64,000 nucleotides of DNA. Source: Bdellovibrionota bacterium (GTDB taxonomy: Bacteria; Bdellovibrionota_C; UBA2361; CAKMMH01). The stretch lies in NCBI GenBank assembly GCA_050952645.1, contig JBMNLI010000017.1:256001-320000 (forward strand), read 5' to 3'. This document shows, in pieces, positions 28,478-40,405 of the stretch. Made by a program: the position numbers and the translations under genes. The notes under the pieces are model-generated. The model was not told the origin of the DNA. It made no database searches and saw only the letters and a program-made list of their open reading frames with translations. Within the stretch, counting starts at the first letter, position 1. The number at the start of each line of letters is the position of its first letter.

Positions 28478-30169
28478 ATGAGTAATGTCGACAATACTGA
28501 GGAAAGTTCAAGAAAAGTTTCTAATTTTATAATAGATATTATAGAAGAAGATTTAAAATCTGGTAAACACACTAAAATTATCACGAGATTTCCTCCTGAA
28601 CCGAATGGTTATTTGCACTTAGGTCATGCAAAATCGATCTGTTTAAACTTTGGAATAGCTGAAAAATATAATGGCGAATGCAATTTACGTTTTGATGATA
28701 CTAATCCATTAAAAGAAGAGATTGAATATATAGATGCTATAAAGGAAGATATCGCATGGCTTGGGTTTAAGCCTACTCGAGTTTGTTATGCATCTGATTA
28801 TTATGAAACGCTCTACAACTGGGCTGAGGAGTTAATAAAAAAAGGCTTAGCATACGTTTGTAGTTTATGTGTCGATGAGATAAGAGAATATAGAGGCACT
28901 CTTACTACTCCTGGTAAAAATAGTCCTGATAGAGATAGAAGTGTAGAAGAAAATCTTGATTTATTTAGGCGAATGAGAAATGGCGAGTTTGAGGAGGGAA
29001 AGTATACTCTAAGGGCAAAAATAGATATGGCATCACCTAATATGAACTTAAGAGACCCTGCTATATATAGGATAAAACACGCTTCGCATCCAAGAACGGG
29101 CGATGAGTGGTGTATATATCCGATGTATGATTTTACGCATGGCGAGTCGGATGCTATCGAGCATATTACGCATTCACTTTGCACTCTTGAATTTGAGGAT
29201 CACAGGCCTTTATACGAATGGTTTATTGAGAATTTGAGCGTTCCGTCTACTCCTAGACAAATCGAGTTTGCGAGATTAAATTTAACTTATACCGTTATGA
29301 GTAAGAGATACTTATTATCTCTTGTAAAAGACGGCATAGTTTCAGGTTGGGATGACCCAAGAATGCCGACTATTTGTGGAATTAGGAGACGGGGATTTCC
29401 TGCAAAAGCTATTAGAAATTTTTGTGAGCTTATAGGCGTTTCAAAAGCCGATAGCATGGTAGATTATGCCTTACTTGAGCATTGCGTGAGAGATGTTTTA
29501 AACAAGGAGGCTCCAAGGCGAATGGCAGTTCTAGACCCTATTAAGCTTATTATAGAAAATTATCCAGATGATTTTGAAGAGGACATTGTTTGTGATAATA
29601 ATCCAGAAGATGAAAATGCGGGGACTAGAACCGTTAAATTTACTAAAGAGCTTTATGTAGAAAGGGAAGATTTTGAAGAGAATCCTCCTAAGAAATGGTT
29701 TAGGCTAGCGATTGGAAATGAGGTAAGATTAAAGCATAGTTATTATATCACTTGTAAAGAGGCTATAAAAGATGAGCATGGCAAAGTTAGCACTCTTATT
29801 TGCACTTACGACCCTGAAGCTAAGGGGGGGCAATCACCAGATGGAAGAAAGGTAAAGGGGACGATCCATTGGGTTTCTACGAAGTATGCTATAAATGCGA
29901 CTGTAAATTTGTATGATCATCTTTTTACAAAGCCTAATCCTTACGATGTAGAAGATGGAAAAGATTTCAGGAGTAATTTTAATGAGCAATCTTTAAAAGT
30001 TTTAACTAATGTTAAAGTTGAAGAGAATTTATCTAATGCCAAACCGCAAGATGCGTTTCAATTTTTAAGAAAAGGCTATTATAGTTTAGACAAAGACTCT
30101 ACAAAGGACAATCTAATTTTTAATAGAACGGTATCATTAAAAGATTCTTGGGAGAAAGAAAAGAAATAA
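28478..30169 (+). CDS. glnS: Glutamine--tRNA ligase
   Basis: [18 protein letters not shown] (HIGH-like), VMSKR and GWDDPRMPT motifs. Confidence 0.98.
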   Translation: MSNVDNTEESSRKVSNFIIDIIEEDLKSGKHTKIITRFPPEPNGYLHLGHAKSICLNFGIAEKYNGECNLRFDDTNPLKEEIEYIDAIKEDIAWLGFKPTRVCYASDYYETLYNWAEELIKKGLAYVCSLCVDEIREYRGTLTTPGKNSPDRDRSVEENLDLFRRMRNGEFEEGKYTLRAKIDMASPNMNLRDPAIYRIKHASHPRTGDEWCIYPMYDFTHGESDAIEHITHSLCTLEFEDHRPLYEWFIENLSVPSTPRQIEFARLNLTYTVMSKRYLLSLVKDGIVSGWDDPRMPTICGIRRRGFPAKAIRNFCELIGVSKADSMVDYALLEHCVRDVLNKEAPRRMAVLDPIKLIIENYPDDFEEDIVCDNNPEDENAGTRTVKFTKELYVEREDFEENPPKKWFRLAIGNEVRLKHSYYITCKEAIKDEHGKVSTLICTYDPEAKGGQSPDGRKVKGTIHWVSTKYAINATVNLYDHLFTKPNPYDVEDGKDFRSNFNEQSLKVLTNVKVEENLSNAKPQDAFQFLRKGYYSLDKDSTKDNLIFNRTVSLKDSWEKEKK

Positions 30170-30244
30170 GTTTAGAGATAAAGAAAATTTTAGAAAAAAA
30201 AGATGACCTCGAAGCGATAAGTTTCAGCAAATCTTTATCTTCCC

Positions 30245-30688
30245 TTACTCTAAATAATTTAACTCATCTACAAATTGAGCAATATCTGAAAACTCTCTAT
30301 ATACCGATACAAATCTTATATAAGCTACTTTATCTATCTCTTTAAGTTCTGCCATTACAATATTTCCAATCTCTGAACTTTGAACCTCTTTTGAAAATTT
30401 TTCGTATAGAGTATTTTCCACCCTATCTATCATTTGATCTATAACTTCCGCACTTATAGGACGCTTTCTACAAGCTATCAAGATTCCAGATTTTAATTTC
30501 TCTCTATCGAAAACCTCACGACGCATATCTTTTTTAACAACCATAGGAAGCGTTAACTCTATCTTCTCATAAGTCGTAAAACGAAACTCACAATCTTGAC
30601 ACAAACGTCTCCTCCTAATGCCACCACCGCCATCATCTCTCGAGTCTATAACAGATAATTTTTCAGAGCCACATTTAAAACATCTCAT
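30245..30688 (-). CDS. nrdR: Transcriptional repressor NrdR
   Basis: CxxC..VIDSR..IRRRR.C..C..RFTTYE, ATP cone and VAYIRFVSVYREF. Confidence 0.97.
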   Translation of the reverse strand: MRCFKCGSEKLSVIDSRDDGGGGIRRRRLCQDCEFRFTTYEKIELTLPMVVKKDMRREVFDREKLKSGILIACRKRPISAEVIDQMIDRVENTLYEKFSKEVQSSEIGNIVMAELKEIDKVAYIRFVSVYREFSDIAQFVDELNYLE

Positions 30689-30765
30689 AACTTTAGCTCA
30701 TTATAAATAAAAAAATAAAATTCTTCGCAAGCTTAAATTTTCATTTAAGCGTAAACTTAAATTTT

Positions 30766-32025
30766 TTACCCTAGCTTATAATCGTATAAAGGATATAATC
30801 TTACGAAATTTTTAACTTCCTCTTTTATCATACTTATATCTCTTCCCTCTTTTGCTTCCATTAGAGTGCGATTTATAAGTTGCGCAACTTTCTTCATTTG
30901 CACTTCTTTCATTCCACGCGTTGTAATAGCTGGCGTGCCTATTCTTAAGCCACTACATACCGTAGGAGACTCAGTGTCGTAAGGAATCGTATTTTTATTT
31001 GCAGTAATATTCACCTCATCTAGCCAATTTTGTGCATCCTTTCCCGTAATTCCCTTTGACCTTAAATCTATAATAAACACATGCGAATCTGTTCCACCTG
31101 AAACTATCTTATAGCCATCTTCCATTAAAGCCTCAGCTAGTGCTTTCGCATTTTTAACTACTTGTGATGCATACTCCTTAAACTCATCCGTCATCGCTTC
31201 ATTAAAAGCCACTGCCTTTGCAGCTATCGTATGCATATGAGGCCCCCCTTGAATGCCTGGGAAAACCGACTTATTTAAAACTTGTCCATATTTTTCTTTA
31301 GCTAAAATTAACCCCGAGCGAGGTCCTCTTAAAGTCTTATGCGTAGTAGTAGTCACTACATCACAATAAGGAAAAGGCGATGGATAAACTCCCCCGACTA
31401 TTAGCCCCGCATAATGGGCGATATCAGCAAATAAAATTGCATCAACTTTATCTGCAATCTCTCTAAATCTTTTAAAATCTATCACTCTAGAATAAGCAGA
31501 TGCACCACAAATTATCATTTTAGGCTTACTTTCTAATGCTATCCTTTCAACCTCATCATAATCGATAAGCCCAGTATCTTTGCTAACTCCATAAGATACT
31601 ACATTATAATATCTTCCCGATAAATTTACTTTAGCTCCATGACTTAAATGTCCTCCATGGTCTAGCTTCATTCCCATCACGGTATCGCCAATCTCTAAAA
31701 AAGCATTAAATACCGCATGGTTTGCTTGCGCACCTGAATGTGCCTGAACGTTTGCAAACTCAGCATTAAAAAGTTTTTTAGCACGCTCTATGGCTACCTC
31801 TTCTATCTTGTCTACTTCTTCACAACCGCCATAATAACGCTTCTTAGGAAGCCCCTCTGCATATTTATTAGTTAAAATACTTCCGCACGCTTCTAAAATC
31901 GCATCATCTACAAAATTTTCACTAGGAATTAACTCTAAGCCCTCTTCTTGTCTTTTAGTTTCTTTCTGTATTATATCGAATATTTCGGGGTCTACATTTC
32001 TTAATGATGCATTTCTCGTCGTCAT
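30766..32025 (-). CDS. glyA: Serine hydroxymethyltransferase
   Basis: LIPSEN, NKYAEG, GGHLSHG and [12 protein letters not shown] motifs. Confidence 0.98.
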   Translation of the reverse strand: MTTRNASLRNVDPEIFDIIQKETKRQEEGLELIPSENFVDDAILEACGSILTNKYAEGLPKKRYYGGCEEVDKIEEVAIERAKKLFNAEFANVQAHSGAQANHAVFNAFLEIGDTVMGMKLDHGGHLSHGAKVNLSGRYYNVVSYGVSKDTGLIDYDEVERIALESKPKMIICGASAYSRVIDFKRFREIADKVDAILFADIAHYAGLIVGGVYPSPFPYCDVVTTTTHKTLRGPRSGLILAKEKYGQVLNKSVFPGIQGGPHMHTIAAKAVAFNEAMTDEFKEYASQVVKNAKALAEALMEDGYKIVSGGTDSHVFIIDLRSKGITGKDAQNWLDEVNITANKNTIPYDTESPTVCSGLRIGTPAITTRGMKEVQMKKVAQLINRTLMEAKEGRDISMIKEEVKNFVRLYPLYDYKLG

Positions 32026-32151
32026 TATATACCTTATTTTAATTTTATTTATTTTAAAATTTTATTAAATTTATTTAATAAAAAAATTTAATGAAGACTT
32101 AAAAAGTAAATTTAAGAAATCTTCAAGTCTCCATTAACTGATAATAATTTT

Positions 32152-32256
32152 AGTTCTTTGACGTTTTAAAATGGTTTAAGATCTCAAAATTAGCATCACT
32201 AGTTCCACGATGCCTAAAAAAACAATTTTTCTAACCCATCTAAAACGTAAAGAACC
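32152..32256. mobile_element. MITE family 1, copy C
   Basis: AGTTCTTTGACGTTTTA ... TAAAACGTAAAGAACC with perfect 8-bp flanking duplication ATAATTTT. Confidence 0.8.
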
Positions 32257-32263
32257 ATAATTT

Positions 32264-32506
32264 TTAAGCTTTCTTTGATTCTATGTAAGCTATAACATCA
32301 TCAACTTTTTGCATTTTCTCAGCTTCCTCATCTGGGATTTCAAGTTGATACTCTTCTTCTAAAGCCATAATCAACTCAACAATATCTAATGAATCTGCTC
32401 CTAAATCTTCAACGAATGAAGCCTCAGGAACAACATCCTCAGCTGCAACACCTAATTGCTCAACTATTATCTCTTTTACTCTTGATGTAATCTCTTCTGA
32501 TGCCAT
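32264..32506 (-). CDS. acpP: Acyl carrier protein
   Basis: [19 protein letters not shown] phosphopantetheine motif. Confidence 0.98.
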   Translation of the reverse strand: MASEEITSRVKEIIVEQLGVAAEDVVPEASFVEDLGADSLDIVELIMALEEEYQLEIPDEEAEKMQKVDDVIAYIESKKA

Positions 32507-33090
32507 CTTATAATTATCTCCTAATATTAAATTACTTTTTACACTCGATAAATAAAACCACTTAAAACTAAATAAAACTTTTGCTTTTGTTCATATAGTA
32601 AAAATGGGATTCTAGAAAAATATCTGTATAAAAATAATTTGTTGGTTTATAAATAAAATAAAAAACTTTAAAAACAAAACTTAAAATTAAGATAATGCTT
32701 TAAAGTTTGCTAAAAAAAATTTAAAATAAAGATTTCTATAAAGCGTCTACTAAAGTGCCTACTATAAAATGTCTACTATAAAATGTCTATCTTAAAAGCC
32801 ACTTAAGCGAACTTATAAAATATATTCTTATAAATATAAATTTAAGTATAAATAAAAAATCAAATGTTTTAAAATTTAAGAAATCTATTTTAAGTAGGAT
32901 AAAATCAACACTTAGATTTTGCAATTAAGAAACATTGTTTAAAAAACAATTTTTCATTAAAAACCATATAACTATTTGTTTTTGTTATACAATACGGGCT
33001 TTGTCTTTAGAATACACATTCTACACTAATTCTTCTACACTAATTCTTCTACATTAGCTCTTCTACTCTAGCTCTTTTACATTAGCTCTT

Positions 33091-33459
33091 TTACACTAGT
33101 TCTATCTCATCTATTATCGCGAGGACATCTTTAGTATCTATAATTCTTAAGTTATCGTCCCAAGGAACTTTTACTCCTACACCTTTAGGAATTAAAACAA
33201 TCGCATTAAGAGGAATACCACTTATGTTTTGTGTAGTATCACTATCTTTATCGATAGCACTCGCTACTTCAATAACTTCAGCAAGAAGGCTATCTTGCAT
33301 TCTTTCTTTGCTACCCTCGGGGAGATATAAACCACCGTCGGTCATATCGTTATCTTTAATTAAGCTAACTACTACTCTTAACCCAATAGGATTAATTTTT
33401 CTTATACTTTTCCCCTTTCTCCAATTAGCGTATTCTTGAGACTCTTTTTTCTTTTCCAA
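33091..33459 (-). CDS. GroES/Cpn10-like co-chaperonin (divergent, no adjacent groEL)
   Basis: INPIGLRVVV, TDGGLYLP mobile loop and DVLAII; TTG start with AAGGA SD. Confidence 0.75.
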   Translation of the reverse strand: MEKKKESQEYANWRKGKSIRKINPIGLRVVVSLIKDNDMTDGGLYLPEGSKERMQDSLLAEVIEVASAIDKDSDTTQNISGIPLNAIVLIPKGVGVKVPWDDNLRIIDTKDVLAIIDEIELV

Positions 33460-33688
33460 TTTTCCTTATACCTATTTAAAAAAGATTTAAAAAATTTGTA
33501 TTGATACATTATAGCAAAATATTGTAATATGCTAAAGTAATATGTCATTTGAAAAACAAAAGATTTTTTACAAGTTTATGTTTTAATAAATTTATATTAT
33601 GATAGTTTTGTATAGAGTTATTTTATATAGAGAACTACTTAGTTTTTTTATTAAAATTTTTTATTAAAGTTTTTAAGGGAAAAAACAC

Positions 33689-34000
33689 ATGAGAAAATTA
33701 TTATTAGTGCTTATACTTATTATAACTAGCTTTTTAACTGGCTGTGCTTCTTCAACTCCTGTAGGCGTTGTATACTCGGAGCTAAAACTACCAGTAAACG
33801 TTACGTCTAACGGTCAGGCTTATGCTAGAACTGGTGTAGCTGAATGTAAGAGCGTTTTAGGGTTGGTAGCTTTTGGTGATTGTAGCATTGAGTCGGCTAA
33901 AAAACAGGGCGGAGTTTCTAGGGTATACCATGTAGATTGGGAAGCTAGAAATATTCTTGGCATCTTAGGCGAATATCGTCTAGTTGTTTATGGAGAATAA
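33689..34000 (+). CDS. TRL-like family lipoprotein
   Basis: Lipobox LTGC; G.AEC.SVLGLVAFGDCSI..A...GG....HVD...VYG pattern. Confidence 0.82.
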   Translation: MRKLLLVLILIITSFLTGCASSTPVGVVYSELKLPVNVTSNGQAYARTGVAECKSVLGLVAFGDCSIESAKKQGGVSRVYHVDWEARNILGILGEYRLVVYGE

Positions 34001-34051
34001 GCCTTAAATTAAGGTCTTTAAATTTAAAGTCTTCACAAAATAAAGATTTTT

Positions 34052-34300
34052 AGCTCTTCACGTTTTAAGTATGCCTCTAGAAAATTCGTTTTAAGGTAGC
34101 TTAAAAAAAATTGGCTTTAGTGTTCGACTCGGTAAGGATTTTTTTAAAAATTATAGCTATTATATAAAGTAATTTCTTTTATGTAATTTCTTTTATGTAA
34201 TTTCTTTGAAGTAATTTCTTTGAAGTCAATTTTTTTTGGGCTTCTTGAAGGAATGGAACTAATTTTGAAAATTTAAAACCACCTTAGAACGTGAAGAACG
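34052..34300. mobile_element. MITE family 1, copy D, inside a terminator-like inverted repeat
   Basis: AGCTCTTCACGTTTTAAG ... CTTAGAACGTGAAGAACG; flanks AGATTTTT/AAATTTTT; outer IR 34031-34050 / 34324-34343 (19/20). Confidence 0.8.
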
Positions 34301-34394
34301 AAATTTTTAGCTCACAAAGATTTAAAATCTTTACTTTGTGAAGAATTGTATATTTGTTTTTATTATTTACCATTCCTTAAAAGCTTCTTACAAG

Positions 34395-35663
34395 CTACCT
34401 AATCATCGCAATAGTATTTTCTATCAATGTTCCTGCAACGTTAAAAACTTGAGAATTAGCTTGGTAGCCTCTTTGGTATAAGATCATATCTACAAACTCA
34501 TCTGCTAAGTCGACATTTGAATACTCGAGTGAAGAAGATTTTAAACCGCCAAGACCTTTAGTGCCAGATGCCTCAACTCTAACGTTTCCGCTATCTCCTT
34601 TATACAAATATAAAGAGCTTCCCACTCTTTCAAATGATTGCTTATCTATCGCATCGGCTAACGGAATATTTGCTACATGCACTCTCGTATCATCGTCCAT
34701 AATGGCATAAAAATTTCCATCATTAGAAAACTCATAATCTTTTACACTCGATGCTGAATAACCATCTTGATTAGCTAATGATAAATGAGAAAGAGAGGCA
34801 TATTGCGTAAAGTTTGATAAATCAACAGTAAACTTTCCTGCACTCGCTCCATTAGTATAATTAATATTTAAATTCATCGTAGCATTCGCCTTAGACTCAT
34901 CTGTAAGCGTGCCATCTTCATTAAATTTTAACGAGATAGCATCTCCTATTTTTTCAGGAACTCCACTAAGCTTACCGATCTCACTTCCATCAATGTAAGC
35001 TTGCGCTTTATATTCATTAACGCCCGTTTTAAAAAATGCTACTACCATCCCATGCCTTGCACCTAAGCTATCATAAACATTTATATCGCCAGCTATAAAG
35101 GAAGAAGCTTCACTTATATCTTTAAACGATTGAGGATTATCGGGAATACTTGCTATAGGCATATTTGAGGTAACGTTGCCGTTTAAAAACATTTGTGTAG
35201 TTTCTTTTCCGCCTGTCGATAATAAATTAGCTACTGAGATATTACTTAATCCTGTAGAGTCGCCTTGATAACCTTGCAAAGCGAGACCATCGCTATTTCT
35301 TAAAAGACCGTCCTTGTCCATTTCAAAATTTCCTGCTCTTGAATAATACAAGCTAGTTCCGTCTGATAATATAAAAAAACCATTTCCATCTATGGCGGTA
35401 TCTAAAGCTCGTCCCGTATATTCGATAGTCCCTCCGTGGAACATTATTTTTACATCGCTAATATAAGAACCATTACCACTAGAACCAAGAACGCTAGATT
35501 GCGTCAACTCTTCACCTTGTGGTATTAAGTCCTCAAAATCTGTGCGTGATGATTTAAAACCCGTAGTGCTAGCGTTTGAAATATTATCACCTACTACTGA
35601 AATTGCATTCCCATGAGTATACAAACCTTGTGAACTTGAATAAAGAGCAGTTTCTAATCTCAT
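34395..35663 (-). CDS. flgE: Flagellar hook protein FlgE
   Basis: VVGDNISNASTTGFKSSR, GNGFF, YSRAGNF, YDSLG and LEYSNVDLADEFVDMILYQRGYQAN motifs. Confidence 0.95.
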   Translation of the reverse strand: MRLETALYSSSQGLYTHGNAISVVGDNISNASTTGFKSSRTDFEDLIPQGEELTQSSVLGSSGNGSYISDVKIMFHGGTIEYTGRALDTAIDGNGFFILSDGTSLYYSRAGNFEMDKDGLLRNSDGLALQGYQGDSTGLSNISVANLLSTGGKETTQMFLNGNVTSNMPIASIPDNPQSFKDISEASSFIAGDINVYDSLGARHGMVVAFFKTGVNEYKAQAYIDGSEIGKLSGVPEKIGDAISLKFNEDGTLTDESKANATMNLNINYTNGASAGKFTVDLSNFTQYASLSHLSLANQDGYSASSVKDYEFSNDGNFYAIMDDDTRVHVANIPLADAIDKQSFERVGSSLYLYKGDSGNVRVEASGTKGLGGLKSSSLEYSNVDLADEFVDMILYQRGYQANSQVFNVAGTLIENTIAMIR

Positions 35664-35758
35664 AAAGTTTTTTCCTTGATAAAATTTTTATAAAAATCGA
35701 GAAATTTTTTCCTAAAAAGCGAAAACTTTTCACTAAAAAACTTCCTTAAAATATTAAA

Positions 35759-35774
35759 AGCAAAAAACTTGCCA
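35759..35774 (-). promoter_or_regulatory. sigma54 promoter upstream of flgE
   Basis: Minus strand TGGCAAGTTTTTTGCT, GG-N10-GC. Confidence 0.8.
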
Positions 35775-35820
35775 AGATAAGGAAGTTTAAGTTAAGATTT
35801 TACCTTCAATTAATTTGCCT

Positions 35821-36741
35821 TCAATTAAAATGTATAACGTGATTGGGCTTTTGAGCAATCCACACCTTTGTTTCCCAAGCTATAGTATCACAAAATTTCT
35901 TAAATTTTTTAAAATCAGAGAAAGCGGTTATATAGATTTTTCTAGACATTACGTTTTTTGCCATCTCTTGAATTTCTTTTATTCTCTTTGGCTCCATAAC
36001 ACTAGATGAAACAACAACTTCTATAAAGTATATTAAATCATTAACTTTATTATATAAAATAACATCAGGCATTTTATTATTAATTGAAATTTCAAAGCCA
36101 AGTTCTTCTAATTTTTCATAGTTTAGTCATAAGTCTTTTTTAGCTGTATCTCCTAAATATAAACATTCTGCATTAGGTGTAAATCTAGGGGCAAATTCTT
36201 CTACCACTTGCTTTTGCAATTCACTATGTTTTCCTATCGATAAAATTAACTCTGTTCCATTTACGTTAACAGGAATTTTTTGAAACTTTCTTTTTTTTGA
36301 ATACAAATCTATCAAAGTGCTATGGTTTGACAAAAAACTTTTTTTACTTATCTCCCAGTTTTTAGTCTTAAAATTTTTTAACAAAATTAAAAATTCATCC
36401 GTAATTCTATATTTATAATTAGGACTATTGGTCGATTGCCCATTATCCTTTATAAAAGCGGCATTCCGAAAATGGTCGATTGCTTGCTTTCTAAAAAGCT
36501 CCCTACTATTCTCTGCATAAGATACATTATAGTAATTTTTTATTATTTGAATGATATCATGAATTCGCTTCCAATTATTTGTCGAACTTCCCCAATTATC
36601 TTTTTCCTTTATTTCTGCTAGAGCAAGCAATGTATATCCACACGCATCACTTTGTTGCTTATGTGATACTTTTAACTCTTTTAAAATAAATTTAGCTTCG
36701 TCTAATTTACTCATATATATCTCTCCAAAATCTGATCGCAA
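35821..36741 (-). pseudogene. BsuBI/PstI-family restriction endonuclease, disrupted
   Basis: YAENSRE..R, TNSP..Y, LS.G.HS.LQ..VVEEFAPRF and YLGDT; an in-frame TGA at 36127-36129 separates this part from MPDVILY...IAWET.VWIA..P.H.IHFN; C-terminus truncated. Confidence 0.85.
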
Positions 36742-38215
36742 TTCTCTACAGACATATTTCGAGTATTTATTAGATCTTTTCCCATATTTTCTATTAATTT
36801 TGCAGAGGGCATTGGCATAGAGTTTATTTCAGTCGAGTTAACTTGTGTAGACCCATTGAGAATTCTATAAAATCTATCATATAACGTAGAGTTCAATATA
36901 ACGTATAAGCCAAATACAATACATTCAGATAAGCATTTTAGCCCAGTTATAAAATTTAATTTATCTTGAGTGCTTATCGCATCAAACTTAGAATATTTCT
37001 TAGCAATATAAACGGCATACTGTAATCTTCTTTCTTCTTCCTTCGAGGTAAATCTCTTTACAAATAAATAATTATCGTTCTTTTGTAATAAACTAACCTT
37101 ACTTTTCGATACGAATTTCTCGTCTTTATCTATTGGAAATTGTACTTTTCCATTTTTTATATGTTTAGGATAAAACAACGGAACGGCACCATCTTTATAA
37201 TCATTTACAATAAAATCTTTATTTCTAAAATTTATAGTAAGACCCGTTTTCATTTTGAGCCCCATATCAAGTAGAGTATTATCAAATGTAGCCACTTTTT
37301 GTAATATCTTCAACTCATTTTGATTAGTAACTAAATAAACATATTTATCTTCTCCTGCTACAATAGTGTCATATGGCACATTCATTTCACTTATCTCATT
37401 AAATAAATAACTGTTTTTTGATGTTGAAATGGTAATTTTCTTAGATTTTTTTAAAGATTTTTTTACTTTTAAATCATAGTTTCTTGTAATACATTTTCCT
37501 TAGTGAAAACTTTATTTCGACTTTCAAATAAATGTATATACTCAAGAGAGCCTTCGGATAAAAATTTTTTTCTAAACTTTGTAAAATAAGCCCCAGAAGT
37601 CCAAGACCTAGGAACGATATAAACCATCTCACCATTATCTAACAAATTAAACAGAGACATCTGCATGAAAAGAAAATACAAATTTGGTGCTCCAAAACAA
37701 ATATCTTTCATAGCTATCGCCTGAATATCATTTTTCCTTATTTTTAGATATGGCGGATTCCCTATAATTAAATCATACTTTTGCACGCCTTTACATGCGC
37801 TTAAATTCTCATTATATTCTCAACTCTGACTAGTAATATAATTTTCATTTATTATCGAATAATTAATTTTTTTACCGATTTCATTTTTAATAAAAGATAA
37901 ATTATCATTTAAAGCTTCTATAATTTCTTTATCCATTTCATAACAAATTAAATTTACTTTTTCTATATTAGAAAATTTATTTATCCTTTCTATTAAAGAA
38001 GCACTTAGTATTCCAGTTCCAGCTCCTGGGTCAAGAATGTATATCTCTTTTTTAGATGGTAGCGTAAACAAGCTTGCCATAAAAACTGCGACTTCTTTGC
38101 TCGTAAAAAATTGGCAATAAGGTTTTCTACTCTCTTTTGATTTTGATTGAATATATTTATTTGTCTTGTCTATTACGTAATCAACAATATTCATATTTTC
38201 AAAACTTATCTCCAA
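36711..38215 (-). pseudogene. Cognate N6-adenine DNA methyltransferase (Eco57I/BsuBI-like), in three fragments
   Basis: QFFT, LDPGAGTG (motif I) and NPPY (motif IV); in-frame TGA at 37820-37822 and a frameshift near 37470. Confidence 0.87.
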
Positions 38216-38231
38216 TTAATAATCTTTTTTA

Positions 38232-40196
38232 CTAATAGTCTTTAATATTAAAACTAATACTTTCTATGCATGCTCCTAACGCTCTAAAATCATTAGCACT
38301 TTTTAGTTCTTTTTTAGATGTAGTATCAACTAATTTAATCTTTAAATTAACTATATCTTTTTTAGGATAAAATATAAATGAAATTTGCTCTTTCCCCTTA
38401 ACTACAGTTTCTTTTACCTTTTCTTTATTTACTAAGATTTTCATTCTTTGCTTGTCGCCACGTATCCTAAAAATATTTATCCTACCCTCTACTAATTTAT
38501 TTTTAGAATCATCTATCCTAAATCTTAATACAGCCACTTTTCCATCGATTGGAGAACAATTAGCCCTTGCTTTAGGAAGCCCTTTTATAATGTATCTCTT
38601 TGCATTATATTTTTTCTTTCCTAAATAAATAGTATTCTCTTCTTTAAGTTTAGGTATCATTTTTATTTTTATACTTTTCGGAATAGAAATATAACTTTCT
38701 TTATCCGTTAATTTAGAAAGCTTATTATAAAACCACTTAGTATCTTCCTTGTTTTCAAAATACGCCTCTTGCCTAAGCCTAGCCTTATCTTTAGCGGTAG
38801 CTAAAATTTTTCTTACATACCCTCTTTTAGCACTATATATTAAAGGTGTTTGATAATTATAGCCTCCATCTACATGCGTTACACGAGAAGAAAATGTGCT
38901 ATGTAAAGGATTATATAAATAAGGAGCATTATTTAATACATACTTTGCTATAGGTGTAAAATAAACATAGCTCGTATTTGTAGCCATCACTAACCCATAA
39001 CATTGAAGTATTATTGCAGAAATTATAGGAGAAATCGCTAATAGTAAAACGACAAAGCGCTTTAACCATTTACTAGAAATTAGTTTATCAAAATAGATGC
39101 ACACTGCAAATACGATAATAACACTTCCCCAAGCGTTGTATCTTGCAATGCCTGCCATTCCAGAATTTATATGTACCATTAACGAATATGAATACACCAT
39201 TCCTAACCACACTAAACATATAAACACGTATCTAAATTGTTTTTTAAATATTGCTATTACAAAAAGAATAATCGCTAAACTTAAAATTATTGGAAAATAC
39301 GGAAGCACTCCATAGTTTAAATCAAACATATACGCTACTAATCTTCTTAACGTAGTATTATATGGACGATTTAAAGTAAAACCGCTATACGATGCCGTTA
39401 AATTTATATGATTTACATGATAATAATTATATGCTAACGGAACTAAAAAAATTAAAAAACTACTGCCCAATAAAAATATATCTTTTAATTTATTTTTAAA
39501 TCGTAAGATATAACTTTCTCCATTTTGCTTATCGCTTAAAATATTTATAAAATAATCTACTACAATTCCCATACCTATAACTATAACAGTCGGATTCATA
39601 GTCCCAGCAATCGAAATAAATATCGCAGCTCTTTTATACTCCCTGTTATACCAAAAAACTAACGCCATACCTATAAATGCAAAAATAAAAGTTTCAGCAG
39701 ATGGCCAAACGTAATAAAATAAAATAGGATTTATCGTTAATAAAATAATTAACGCAAGTTTCCTAATATCACTTATCTTCATATGCTCCCAAATCAGTAT
39801 CATTAAAAGATAGATGCACGTTAGATTAGTAAGTGTAAAAGCATAAGTAGCAGAAATATTAAAAAATTTTAATAGTAAAATATAGGGCACTGCAAATAAT
39901 GAATACGTAGCAAAATACCATGCCATTTCCTCTCCCGACCTAGTTTTTTTTCCAGAAAGTCTATACTTAGGTAAACTTTCTTCCCAAGCTGGAAAATATT
40001 TTTTTGCCAACTCTACATCACTTTTAGATACGCTTATATTTTGTTCGTTAATAATGGAAATAGCAGGAAGTATATAATCATCGGCCTCTCCAAACGTTTC
40101 TTGCTTACTAGATATACAAAAAACAAGCATCAAGCCCATATAGATACTAAAATATGCTTTAATTATCGCACTTACACTAATTTTAACTCTTGTCAT
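38232..40196 (-). CDS. Polytopic membrane protein, probable GT-C type glycosyltransferase
   Basis: Early acidic EADDY loop, about 11 TM segments and a soluble C-terminal domain. Confidence 0.6.
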   Translation of the reverse strand: MTRVKISVSAIIKAYFSIYMGLMLVFCISSKQETFGEADDYILPAISIINEQNISVSKSDVELAKKYFPAWEESLPKYRLSGKKTRSGEEMAWYFATYSLFAVPYILLLKFFNISATYAFTLTNLTCIYLLMILIWEHMKISDIRKLALIILLTINPILFYYVWPSAETFIFAFIGMALVFWYNREYKRAAIFISIAGTMNPTVIVIGMGIVVDYFINILSDKQNGESYILRFKNKLKDIFLLGSSFLIFLVPLAYNYYHVNHINLTASYSGFTLNRPYNTTLRRLVAYMFDLNYGVLPYFPIILSLAIILFVIAIFKKQFRYVFICLVWLGMVYSYSLMVHINSGMAGIARYNAWGSVIIVFAVCIYFDKLISSKWLKRFVVLLLAISPIISAIILQCYGLVMATNTSYVYFTPIAKYVLNNAPYLYNPLHSTFSSRVTHVDGGYNYQTPLIYSAKRGYVRKILATAKDKARLRQEAYFENKEDTKWFYNKLSKLTDKESYISIPKSIKIKMIPKLKEENTIYLGKKKYNAKRYIIKGLPKARANCSPIDGKVAVLRFRIDDSKNKLVEGRINIFRIRGDKQRMKILVNKEKVKETVVKGKEQISFIFYPKKDIVNLKIKLVDTTSKKELKSANDFRALGACIESISFNIKDY

Positions 40197-40265
40197 TTTT
40201 TAAAATTTCATAACTAAAAAACAAAACTCTTAACTTATATGATATAACTTATATAATAGAGAACC

Positions 40266-40377
40266 TTAGTCTTTTAGGCAACCCATAGGAATAACTAATA
40301 CACCGTCATCACGTCTATAACCATAACGAGTAGCAGTAATAAGTATTTTCAAATCTGGTAAACGAAGAGAACTTCCT
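40266..40377 (-). pseudogene. C-terminal remnant of an AAA+ ATPase/DUF4143-type protein
   Basis: Hand translation GSSLRLPDLKILITATRYGYRRDDGVLVIPMGCLKD* matches the recalled C-terminal pattern Y.R.DGV.V.P.GCLK of that family; no start codon. Confidence 0.6.
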
Positions 40378-40405
40378 TAATGCCTTACTATTATCGTCTA
40401 TCAAA

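Noticed and set aside
35821..38215. Alternative genetic code (TGA read-through) in the RM genes
   Set aside because: Two internal stops are in-frame TGA, but there is also a frameshift, degenerate motifs and a truncated end. Host genes such as csrA, fabF and sctV end in TGA, so decay is the simpler explanation.
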